IMG/VR virus record: IMGVR_UViG_3300047564_001460
DNA length: 64,000 nt
From: an uncultured virus (IMG/VR IMGVR_UViG_3300047564_001460)
Taxonomy: Duplodnaviria; Heunggongvirae; Uroviricota; Caudoviricetes
Reading direction: 5' to 3' (one strand)
The notes below the pieces were generated by a model. That model had not been told where the DNA came from, searched no databases, and was given only the letters and a program-made list of their open reading frames with translations. Below, piece after piece: positions 25,268 to 34,705 of the stretch; within the stretch, counting starts at the first letter, position 1, and every line of letters starts with the position of its first letter. Position numbers and translations under genes: made by a program.

Positions 25268-28200
25268 ACTTACGTTTTTCAGCCATCTCTTTAGCTCGCT
25301 TTTCGAGCCGCTCGGCTAACTTATCAGCAGCTTCACCCACAAGAGACACATTCTTCTCAGTGAGCGTAACACCAGCAACAGCCCCTTCTCTACGCTCTAA
25401 CTTACCTTCGATCGACTTAACAACCGTATCTTCAGTGATAGCGTAGGACGGGTATTGGCGATTGAACTTGCTTACTTCGTCCTCAATAATTTTATTGAAA
25501 ACTTCATCCCCTTCGTCGGTTCCTTTCTTGTACTGCACGTTCAAGCGCGTCAAGATGAGGTTGCGTTTGTTGAGGATCTTCTGCTCAACACCGTTGAGTT
25601 TGAAGTTGTTGACCTGCGTTACTGCGTTGATGTCTGGGTTGAAACCAAGTGCACGACCGACCAGCTCGCCAACCTTGATGTGTTCTTTTGCAACTAACAA
25701 AGAACCAGCAGACGTTTTAATACCTTCGTCCATCATTTTGTTAGTCATGATCCAGTTGCGAATGGCCGCAGGGGACATACGCTCGAACATCTTTTGATAA
25801 TCGCCCTCAGCGTAGGCTTGGTATGCGTCGGCTAAAGAAAGACCCATACTTGCAGTCGGCCCCATGTTGTCCACCATGAACGCAATCGCCGAGTCCCTAG
25901 CAGTCTTGGTCTCTTTGCTGTCCCTACCCCACATATCATTGAGCTGCGTACGAGAAGCAATATCCCAACCGGTGAGAGCATTGAAAACACCACGATCTAC
26001 GATGTCAGATATAGGCACACTGCCGATAGTCATATCACCCAAGTACTCAGGTATGAGCACGGTACGGAGGTAAGTTTCGAGATCCATCTCCCGCAACTCT
26101 TTGGGCCAGTCGTCATCATCAGACATTTGCCCCCACATCCAGCCAAGCATACCCACAACAGAACTAAAGAAGGCCATTCCAGGCACACCAGCTACTAGCG
26201 CAGACATACTGAGCACGCCGAAGAACTTCTTGACCGCAACCGATCTACCTTCTGCGTCTAGGGGGGCGAGAATGCGCTTGAAGTTAGTGCCGAGCAACAG
26301 CGCCATTTGCAGGGGGTACATCTTGAACTGGAACAGAACCTTGCCCAGACCCTTCTGCATCCACAACGGACGGTTAGCTACATCGTAGTTACCGAGTGCT
26401 TCGTTAACATCCCCAACGGCATGTCGAACTGCTTCTTCGTGCGTAAGCCCACGGTCACGACCCATGCGGTAAGAGGCAAGGTAAACAGCCTCTCGGGTAA
26501 GACGCTCCACATTGTGTAGTAGCCCACCGACAAGAATATTTGCTGCCCTAGCACCTTTACCAGGAATGCTGTCGAATTGGTCAGTCGTTACAGCTTTGTA
26601 CCCAAACACAAGGGATGAGTACGTTGACTGCTCAACTCCAAGCTCAACCATGTCGGCTACCGCACGGCGCTCATCTGGCTTTAATCCTTTTGCATTTGCT
26701 AGGCTTGGGGCTACATAAGAGGTAGTACCGTCTGGATTACTTCTTACTACACCGTACTGATTCACAAGCGTCAGCATCTTGGATACTTCTTTAATCGCTT
26801 TAGCCATATTGTTGTGGTTTGCACCAAGCACAGGTACACCCGAGATCAACAAGCTGAATGGCTGCACGAGGGCAGAAGATATACCCGTCATGTAGTAGAA
26901 GAAAGAAAGTTTGTTTGCCATACCTGCTATGGCATCCGTTAATCCACCTTCTTGCCCCGCTAGTGCAGCGTTGGCCCGACGCTCAGTCTCATCAACAAAC
27001 GGAGAAAGCTCTTCGCGCTCGGCGATCGAATCTTTTGCAGCGGAAAGAGCAACACGGATCTTTGGTGAAAACTCCAAACGAGCAAGCTGAATACCCTGCT
27101 TGGCGGCAACCGACGCTATGTTTTGGGTCAGATCAACACTGAAACCAATCCGACCCTTACGATGAATGAACTGCCTACGGAAGCTCTGCTCCGGCATCGT
27201 GGTTAGATACAGTTGGTAGATCGAATCTTTTAGGGCTTCTCTAGCAGCAATAGCTTGTTCGCGCTGGTCTTCCTCAGTCACACCACTAGATACCGGTGCA
27301 AAATCACCTTCGTCAATTGCCCTAAATATGGCTTGTAGCAACGGAGACGAGTCCAACGAATCCCTACGCAAGTCGCGTATGTTGTTACCCAGCTTGAAGT
27401 TATTTGTATCTATCTGCTCTTCAAGCGGGCTTTTGCTATTCGGGTTCAACTCCGCAGCGAGGATTTCTGCTGCTCGATTACGGGCACCACGAGTCTTGAA
27501 TATGTAGAACTCAGGCTGATCCGAGTACAAACCCTTTTCCACACGTAAGTAGTAGTTGCCGTCTGGGCGCACCAACGGGAAGAAAGGACGGATGCGATTC
27601 TCGGTTTCAAAGGTCTTACGAATCATCGCCATCAGGTTAGTCTTAGTTTCTGGGTTGACCCCCTGAAGGTTTTGAATCTGCTCATCAAGCAGATTGCTGT
27701 AAAGATTGATTATCGATTCGTAGTACTTAAGGATACGTGAGTACAGCTTTTTACCGGTATCACCAAGAGCTTCAAACTTACGATCAAAAAGCGGATTGCG
27801 TGTCGGCAGCTTAGTGTTTGTCGGGTCGTACTCGGCAAGAGTCGTCTCATAGATAAAGTCTTCCAACTTGGGACGCAGTGTCTTATCTGATTTGAACCCA
27901 CGCTTAACTTCATCAATAAGCGTAACGGCACCGCGCATAAACTGCTGAGACGTGCCGAGCATTTCACCAACAAGATCGTTTACTTCCCGCAGTCGAGGAA
28001 CATCCCTCTGCGCCCATTTAGTTAAGAAGTCGAGCGTAGGCATACGTACGAAGGCAGTCTTCGCCGCATCGGACATATTGTCCCAAACTTCTTCGATGTA
28101 TTCGCGGACCGCACCAGGATCTCGGGCAAGCTGCGAGAGCTTCATACCTTCGGCTAACTCAGTCCCACTACGAGACCTGAGCACAACCTGCTCGGCTTTC

Positions 28201-31200
28201 TTCTGTTCGCGCAACATGCGCTTCAGCGATTTCTTTTCTATCTGCTGAGGCTCAGGCCCAAACTGCCTTTGTGAAAAAGCCTTTAACCCTTTCTCTGCTA
28301 TGCGCATTCCAGGAGTCTTAGGCGTTGTAAGCAGTTTGTCAGTGATGTCGATTAGGTTGGAAAGCGCAGTTTGCTTATCCGCACCAAGGCCGAAAGCATC
28401 CAATAAGATTTTTACAAACTGAGAAAACCCGCTTCGTTGCTTTCCAGGTAGCGCAGATAAAAATGCTTGGAAGTCTTGATCAGACATTCCATATGCCAAG
28501 AATTCATTTGAGTCGTTAAATATTTCGTAAGACCCATCTTCAGTTTGGGTGCTTTCTACAACCCTACGTAGTTCTATAGGTAGCTGGCCTTTATCCCTAA
28601 GATAGTAGTAATACATCTCGCTTTGGGCGGCTAACTCATTAAGCTCCCTAATCAGCTTTTGCAGTTTTGAATCTTTGCGCCCACCGATACTTGCTGCCGA
28701 GCCAAGCGCAATCTTTTGTGATGTAGCAGCATGAAGAGCTTCGTGCAGTACAGTTGTATTGTTAACACCTTGATCTTTGCCAAAGCTCTTACCGCGCACA
28801 TAGATTGTTCTGTTCTCAGGGACATATATACCCCGAGCGCGATCCCAAGCCTCTCGATTCTTTTCGAGTACAGGCGGTAGTGCGTCACCTACCTCTATGA
28901 CAACATACTTAACACCATTGAGGAACGGACGAAGCCTTTCGGCTAATGCTTTTTCAAATGCATCGCCTAGCTTCGCTACGAAAGTCATTGCTTGGACGGC
29001 ATTTTTTGCCGTCGATAAACCTTCCTCTGGAGGGCCTACGTTGGATTCAGCTTTAGACGCTAGGACTTCTTTTTTCCTAACCGCTTCACGGTTAGCATCC
29101 TCTTCCTTGATCTTCTTGCGGAAGAAGTCGAGAGCTTGAGGGCTTAGTCCCAACTGCTTTATGGATTCTTTAATCCGTTTACCAACTGCCGTGCCGCGCA
29201 GGTTTGCATTTGCGTCCAGGCGAAGAAGCTGTTTAATAGCCGATTCGCGCAGGTTGCCCCGCTGCTCTTCGATCGCTTCCCGTGACTCACCCTTTGCAGC
29301 AAGCGCAGTGACAAGTGCTTCGTCTTCAATATCTAAAGCCGATGTCTCAAGATCCTTTTGGGCTTTTAAAAGCGCACGGTCAGCTCTAGCCTTTTCAGCC
29401 TGAACAGTTTTCTTTTCCGCTGCTTTCTTCTCAGCTACATCAGGAGAAAGTTTTTTACGCCCGCGACCAGTCTTCTTTCTTATCTCTTCTGAAGAAGGGA
29501 GCTGAGTGATGAGGGGGGGACCGACAAACTCTTCTGTGGCAGGTTCTGCCACTTTTGTTCCTTCAACAGCCTCTGCTGTTCCCTCTTTTTCTGCTTGCTT
29601 GGTTTCGGTGGTTTCAGCGGCACTTAATGTTTCCTTTTTTGGTTTAGTTTTCCCTACGGCAGACTCAACTATAGTCCCCCTACCAAGTGCATAAACATCG
29701 CTGTAGTGGGAATATTTCTTCTCTTTGTCTACTTGGTAAGCTTCTGAGGCCATAGGGCCAATATCAACAACCTGCCTAGCCACAAGAACTTCGCCTGGGG
29801 CAAGGGATCTTGCGCGGCGATCAAACCCTATCTTGTCAAAACTACGAAATCCGTAACGATCTATAGTTACAGGAAACTCAATTAGCTTATCTGCTTTAAC
29901 GTAAATCGGGACAATAGAACCGGGAATATTGTGGTGCTCGTCGGGCATACCATATGTAGCAGCGACATCTGGGCTGTCCGATACAAATACGTTGTAGCCC
30001 TCTCGTGGCTCAGCATTAATTGCGCCCTCTTTGTCGCCTTGTATTCCACGGTATAGAACTAACGGCTCACCATTTTTGTCTGTAATAAACTCATCTGTTT
30101 TTGCTACGGCTTCTTCCGTTAATGCAGCGGGCTGCGCCTCTTCTCCGCGTACAGGTTGCTCAACAGGTTCTCCAGGAGGTACCACTCCACTTGGTTCAGC
30201 TTCTTCAGTTCGTCCGGTACCAAGAGTTCGTTCTGGTCGGCCAGATACTTGAATGCTTTCTCCAACTGCTGGGATGACAGGTCCTTTAACACTTTGCTCT
30301 CCTTCAGCACTAGCTTCTTCTTTGGCTTGCCTCCAAGCAACTGCCATAGCTTGGTCTGACGGCATACCGCCCATCATTAATTCTTGCGCAATTTCATCGG
30401 CACGGTTAGTAACAGGCCCTGTAGCTATTTCAGAAGCCGTTTCAACAATCGAATCATCCACTTCTCGGGTGGCAACCGCAATAGCACGAGACTTAGTAAA
30501 CCCAGAGAGTGCTACTAATTCTTCCGCACGAGCATTAATCATCTCCTGCCGATCGGCTTGGGCTAGTGTTTTTGGTTCAACCTTTTGCTCTTCCGTACCA
30601 ATAGCGGGTTCAACTTTTTCCGCAGCTAAATCAGCGGTTGGGATTGTCGGCTCACCTTTAGGTTTAGCTTGTTGTTCTTCAGCTTCCCGCCTTTTCAATT
30701 CAGCCGATGCTTCAAGTATTTCTTTTGCGGTAAGAGGCTCATCAACAGGCTTACCACGTAGTTCTCTAGATTTTCTAACAGCAGCAGATAAACCTTTGGC
30801 CCCACCTGCCATTAGTCCACCCTGAGTAATAGTCTGCAATACGGTGTCTTGCAATTGATTAAGCAAGTCCATAGCAGTCGTGTCTTTACCCAGGCCAGAA
30901 GCCATGTCAGTAAACGCTTGCCCAAGTGTAGTAAGTGATTCTCCAGGTATCTCTCTTACGATAGCTTTACCAAAGTACTCCGTCAGTTTTTCTGTAGGAA
31001 CGCCTTTTGCAGCAGCTTTAATACCTTGGATAGTGGCCGATAACCCACCAATACGTTCACCAAGAATTTCAAATGCAGCGAAAGCGCCAGCTCTAGCGGT
31101 AGCTTCGTTAGCTTCTAACCCAGCGTCTCTACCTGCTGCGTATTCTTGCCCAAAAGATTGAAGCCCCATGTAAACAAGTGGCGCGGCCATACCACCGGAC

Positions 31201-32078
31201 AAAACACCCGCAACCAATCCAGGTGACTGCTGGATAATTGAATTTATTGCACCTTCTAGGATTTGAGCAGGTCTACCTTTAGCCTTACCCATACCTTCTT
31301 GAAACTGCCTAGCATTCTTTGCTGCATCAGAATAAAACTCAGCCGCACGGTCATCCCCTACTAACTCGGTAGAAAACCTAGCAAGACCAGAAAATCCTTG
31401 TTTAATTCCTTGTTTAGCTAGTTCAGTAGCTCTACCAAGAGTTCCTTCTTTACCAGCTTCTTGCGCAGCAATGACTCTTTCTGGTGTTTCTTGTGCTTCT
31501 GCTAATGGCTGAGGTATTTCACCAATACGGGCAGCACGTTGTGCTTCCATTTCAGCTATCTCAGGTCTCAACCCTCGGGCTTGTAGAGCGGCACTTCGTT
31601 GTTCTCTTGTAGTACCAAGAGCGGCAACTTGTTTAGACTTAGTACGATCAAGTTGTTTTTGTTGTTCGTCGATTGTTCGAGCAACTGAACCGACCCAATC
31701 ATCTCGGCTCATCATAGCAACGCGTTTTTCAGGTGTAGCAGCGTCATACGCATTTCGTATAGCTGCAAACATTTCTTCCGTTACGGGAGCGCCGCGCCGT
31801 TCTATTCTTGGTTGAACAGGCGGCTTAAAATCCTTCATTACGGACTTAGTGGTTGTTTTGCCTTCCTCAAACACAGGAGCTTCACCTAACCCCTCTAATT
31901 CAGAAAGGCTGCGAAGTTCTGGTTTAGCTTTTTCTTCTGTTATTGGAGCTGCTGGTTTTTCCGCAGGGGCTACTGCCGCACCACCAAACTGTTTAGCAAG
32001 GGCGGCGAAGTCTGTAGGTGGAGGAGATGCGGCAGAACCTCCAAACTGTTTGGCAAGGGCAGCGTAGTCCGTTGCCAT
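25266..32078 (-). CDS. 2270-aa polyvalent ejection/internal virion protein (ART-like, zincin HExxH, PLxRFG-like regions)
   Basis: DKNGEPLVLYRG...VFVSDSPDVAATY; LHEALH; PFFPLVR; last gene of the virion operon. Confidence 0.8.
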   Translation of the reverse strand: MATDYAALAKQFGGSAASPPPTDFAALAKQFGGAAVAPAEKPAAPITEEKAKPELRSLSELEGLGEAPVFEEGKTTTKSVMKDFKPPVQPRIERRGAPVTEEMFAAIRNAYDAATPEKRVAMMSRDDWVGSVARTIDEQQKQLDRTKSKQVAALGTTREQRSAALQARGLRPEIAEMEAQRAARIGEIPQPLAEAQETPERVIAAQEAGKEGTLGRATELAKQGIKQGFSGLARFSTELVGDDRAAEFYSDAAKNARQFQEGMGKAKGRPAQILEGAINSIIQQSPGLVAGVLSGGMAAPLVYMGLQSFGQEYAAGRDAGLEANEATARAGAFAAFEILGERIGGLSATIQGIKAAAKGVPTEKLTEYFGKAIVREIPGESLTTLGQAFTDMASGLGKDTTAMDLLNQLQDTVLQTITQGGLMAGGAKGLSAAVRKSRELRGKPVDEPLTAKEILEASAELKRREAEEQQAKPKGEPTIPTADLAAEKVEPAIGTEEQKVEPKTLAQADRQEMINARAEELVALSGFTKSRAIAVATREVDDSIVETASEIATGPVTNRADEIAQELMMGGMPSDQAMAVAWRQAKEEASAEGEQSVKGPVIPAVGESIQVSGRPERTLGTGRTEEAEPSGVVPPGEPVEQPVRGEEAQPAALTEEAVAKTDEFITDKNGEPLVLYRGIQGDKEGAINAEPREGYNVFVSDSPDVAATYGMPDEHHNIPGSIVPIYVKADKLIEFPVTIDRYGFRSFDKIGFDRRARSLAPGEVLVARQVVDIGPMASEAYQVDKEKKYSHYSDVYALGRGTIVESAVGKTKPKKETLSAAETTETKQAEKEGTAEAVEGTKVAEPATEEFVGPPLITQLPSSEEIRKKTGRGRKKLSPDVAEKKAAEKKTVQAEKARADRALLKAQKDLETSALDIEDEALVTALAAKGESREAIEEQRGNLRESAIKQLLRLDANANLRGTAVGKRIKESIKQLGLSPQALDFFRKKIKEEDANREAVRKKEVLASKAESNVGPPEEGLSTAKNAVQAMTFVAKLGDAFEKALAERLRPFLNGVKYVVIEVGDALPPVLEKNREAWDRARGIYVPENRTIYVRGKSFGKDQGVNNTTVLHEALHAATSQKIALGSAASIGGRKDSKLQKLIRELNELAAQSEMYYYYLRDKGQLPIELRRVVESTQTEDGSYEIFNDSNEFLAYGMSDQDFQAFLSALPGKQRSGFSQFVKILLDAFGLGADKQTALSNLIDITDKLLTTPKTPGMRIAEKGLKAFSQRQFGPEPQQIEKKSLKRMLREQKKAEQVVLRSRSGTELAEGMKLSQLARDPGAVREYIEEVWDNMSDAAKTAFVRMPTLDFLTKWAQRDVPRLREVNDLVGEMLGTSQQFMRGAVTLIDEVKRGFKSDKTLRPKLEDFIYETTLAEYDPTNTKLPTRNPLFDRKFEALGDTGKKLYSRILKYYESIINLYSNLLDEQIQNLQGVNPETKTNLMAMIRKTFETENRIRPFFPLVRPDGNYYLRVEKGLYSDQPEFYIFKTRGARNRAAEILAAELNPNSKSPLEEQIDTNNFKLGNNIRDLRRDSLDSSPLLQAIFRAIDEGDFAPVSSGVTEEDQREQAIAAREALKDSIYQLYLTTMPEQSFRRQFIHRKGRIGFSVDLTQNIASVAAKQGIQLARLEFSPKIRVALSAAKDSIAEREELSPFVDETERRANAALAGQEGGLTDAIAGMANKLSFFYYMTGISSALVQPFSLLISGVPVLGANHNNMAKAIKEVSKMLTLVNQYGVVRSNPDGTTSYVAPSLANAKGLKPDERRAVADMVELGVEQSTYSSLVFGYKAVTTDQFDSIPGKGARAANILVGGLLHNVERLTREAVYLASYRMGRDRGLTHEEAVRHAVGDVNEALGNYDVANRPLWMQKGLGKVLFQFKMYPLQMALLLGTNFKRILAPLDAEGRSVAVKKFFGVLSMSALVAGVPGMAFFSSVVGMLGWMWGQMSDDDDWPKELREMDLETYLRTVLIPEYLGDMTIGSVPISDIVDRGVFNALTGWDIASRTQLNDMWGRDSKETKTARDSAIAFMVDNMGPTASMGLSLADAYQAYAEGDYQKMFERMSPAAIRNWIMTNKMMDEGIKTSAGSLLVAKEHIKVGELVGRALGFNPDINAVTQVNNFKLNGVEQKILNKRNLILTRLNVQYKKGTDEGDEVFNKIIEDEVSKFNRQYPSYAITEDTVVKSIEGKLERREGAVAGVTLTEKNVSLVGEAADKLAERLEKRAKEMAEKRK

Positions 32079-33484
32079 TACTGAACACCCGCAGCTTTTT
32101 TGAAGTCGTCAGCTTGTTTTTGAGTCGGAAAGAAATACGTAACCCCACCAGCGGTAGCCGTAAATTTCCCTGTAGCAGTTGAAGTTGTTGGCGCAGTTGA
32201 TGCAGCGGGTTTAGCGCCAGTAGTTAGTCTTGCATTTACGTACGCATCTTCAGCCGCTTTGACGTTGCCCCCCGCTTCCGAAACTAATCGGTTGTATTCT
32301 TTTCTGTTGGTAATTGCTAGTTTGTTGAATGCGGTTCTAAGATCTGTAGTTTCTCTAGACTCTACTTTTGCCCCTTCAACAACCTGCCTAGCCCCACCAA
32401 TATCTGAGGTCCGCATACGATCTGCGGCACGGGCTAAAGCATCCCTCTTCTGCTTGTTTTCTTCAGTGGGATTTTGTTCAAACGCAATCTCCGCAGCCGC
32501 TAGCTGTTCGGCTAATTTAGGCCCAGACCCAGGACGTGGAGGTGTCGGAGGTTTAGTGGCTTGGAGAGCACGTACGTTAGCTCTGCCTTGCGCTTCTTCA
32601 AGCTGCATCCTAGCCGTTACAGCGTCTTTCTGATTCTTACGATAGGACTCAAGTGCCGACAGAGCCCCACGCATATTGCCTTGCTTCTCTTTACGCTGGG
32701 CATCCATGTAATCAAACTCCATGCGATCAAGCGCACGTTGTTCAGTTTGCTGTGCCCGTTTGATTGCACCAAGCCCTTTACCTAAAACTCCACCTGCGGA
32801 AGTAATTGCACGTAGAGCACCCCCAGGTTGCTGCGCAGCGGCAGCAGCTTCAAAAAAGGCACCGGCACGTTCGTACTTATCTCCACTACCAATTTCACCA
32901 CGCCGAGTTTTTAGAGCTTCGAGTGCTTTGGGGTATGGACTTTCTGTATCACCTTCTACCTTAGTTAAATAATTCTTAATGAATTCATTTTGTTGTTCAG
33001 GAGTTAAATCTTTAACCTGACTTGCGTACTGTCTTAGTCGAGAGTTGCCCGCAAGTATTTCATTAAGTAGACGAGTCCTCACGGGGCCTAAACCTTTAGC
33101 CTCATCTTCAGTAAGCGCAGTATTTTCTCTGGTTACTTGATCTTCATCATCATCATTTTCTCTGGTTAATTGACCTTCATCTCTATCCTTGCCGGAAAAA
33201 GCGACAATTCCTCCAGGAGCAAAACCCTGTGCAGGTGTTGGCATGGCGCTAAGACCGGCAGGTTGAATGGCTTCCTGTACTAAAGAAGGACCACCTTTCG
33301 GAGGAGCGTTTTGACCCGCCATCGCAGAACGCATGGCAGATTCTTCTTTAATAAGTTGAAGGGCTCGGAGTGCAGTGAACGCATCGAGGTTAGGCACTTG
33401 GCCTTGACCAAGCACCGCTTGCTGAAGAATCGTCGGGTTTGTTTTAAACCGCTCGGCGAAAATCGAAGCCTTATCGATTGCCAT
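32078..33484 (-). CDS. Internal virion/ejection protein
   Basis: Helical and Ala/Gln-rich; FAPGG motif; position. Confidence 0.65.
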   Translation of the reverse strand: MAIDKASIFAERFKTNPTILQQAVLGQGQVPNLDAFTALRALQLIKEESAMRSAMAGQNAPPKGGPSLVQEAIQPAGLSAMPTPAQGFAPGGIVAFSGKDRDEGQLTRENDDDEDQVTRENTALTEDEAKGLGPVRTRLLNEILAGNSRLRQYASQVKDLTPEQQNEFIKNYLTKVEGDTESPYPKALEALKTRRGEIGSGDKYERAGAFFEAAAAAQQPGGALRAITSAGGVLGKGLGAIKRAQQTEQRALDRMEFDYMDAQRKEKQGNMRGALSALESYRKNQKDAVTARMQLEEAQGRANVRALQATKPPTPPRPGSGPKLAEQLAAAEIAFEQNPTEENKQKRDALARAADRMRTSDIGGARQVVEGAKVESRETTDLRTAFNKLAITNRKEYNRLVSEAGGNVKAAEDAYVNARLTTGAKPAASTAPTTSTATGKFTATAGGVTYFFPTQKQADDFKKAAGVQ

Positions 33485-33491
33485 TTTTACC

Positions 33492-34694
33492 TCACACCAT
33501 TGTGTTCAATGCAATAGCACCCAAGCCACCGCCCCTGAGTCCTTCGTTTTCATCAATCCTACCGCCTTCTGCTTTTAAAAGCGAGGAGATACCTGCCGCA
33601 CCGAGCCCAAGAGACGTTAAATTCTGGATGGTTGTCGGCGCAGCTTGATAAACCGTCGATCCCTGTGCAGACAGAGGTACACCCCGAATAATGTCGGACA
33701 TGAACGCAAGCTGCTTGTAGGGGTAGTTTAGATAATTTTGATAGTCTTGGTACTGCTGGTTCAGGATATTTTGCGCTTGCTGTTGCTGCTGTAGGCCGTA
33801 CTGAGCTTGAAGCTGGTTGATACCGAGGTTCTGCCCATACTGAGTTTGGCCTAAGTTGCCTAGCTGACCAGCCCCTTGAAGCGCAGTCTGTAACCCTTGA
33901 AGGCCGAGCCCCGCACCAAACTGACCTTGCTGTGCGTTGAGTTGAGCAGCAGCTTGACCAAACTGAGCCTCTTGCCCTGCCGCACCCATTTGTTGGCCGT
34001 AACCAAACTGCCGAGACTGTTCTGCTTGTTGCTGTGCAGCAAGTTTTGTTTGTTGGTTTGCTAGTGCAGCTTGTAGGCCGAGTCCAGTCTCAGTGTTGAA
34101 CTGCTGCATGGCTTGTTGATACGCAGCCGCATCGATACCGCCAAGTTGTTGTTGCAATGCACGATTACGCTCTGAACGCTGAATAAAGTCTCGGGCACCA
34201 CCAAAAGCCCCCGATCGAACTGCACCAGCTTGGTCGGCTAACCCAGCAATACCTGCTTGCCTTTTCGCCTCTTGCTTCAGTACATCTGTGTAGGGGTTCA
34301 TGTACCGCTGAGCAACCCCTTCACCCGTAAAAGACGTAGTGCCAACCTTGTCCGTAGCAAAAGACCCAGGTTGGTAAAGATCAGGACGAGAGTACTGATT
34401 AGTTACAGGATTGTAGGTGTAAGCGGTATTGAGTGCCCCAAGTCCTGCAAGCCCAGCCAAACCCGTAGCATCAGAAAGCTGAGGCGCAGTCTGCATGAGT
34501 GCTGCGTTTTGGAAAGCCTGCTGTTGGAAAGGAGAGAACTGAGCAACACGATCCCCTTGGTACTGCATGTAAGGGTTCTGGGTAATATCAGTAACCGCAG
34601 CAGCTTGCCCAAGTAGGTCTTGAGCATAGGGAGAAATCTCAGGGGCGAAGCCAATCTGAGTCTGTTGAATTGCGGTCGGGATAGCGTCAGCCAT
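33492..34694 (-). CDS. DNA-transfer/pilot-like ejection protein
   Basis: Gln/Gly/Ala-rich, YMNPY, GAFGG.R, YPYKQLAF. Confidence 0.7.
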   Translation of the reverse strand: MADAIPTAIQQTQIGFAPEISPYAQDLLGQAAAVTDITQNPYMQYQGDRVAQFSPFQQQAFQNAALMQTAPQLSDATGLAGLAGLGALNTAYTYNPVTNQYSRPDLYQPGSFATDKVGTTSFTGEGVAQRYMNPYTDVLKQEAKRQAGIAGLADQAGAVRSGAFGGARDFIQRSERNRALQQQLGGIDAAAYQQAMQQFNTETGLGLQAALANQQTKLAAQQQAEQSRQFGYGQQMGAAGQEAQFGQAAAQLNAQQGQFGAGLGLQGLQTALQGAGQLGNLGQTQYGQNLGINQLQAQYGLQQQQQAQNILNQQYQDYQNYLNYPYKQLAFMSDIIRGVPLSAQGSTVYQAAPTTIQNLTSLGLGAAGISSLLKAEGGRIDENEGLRGGGLGAIALNTMV

Positions 34695-34705
34695 GCTGCA
34701 ACTCC

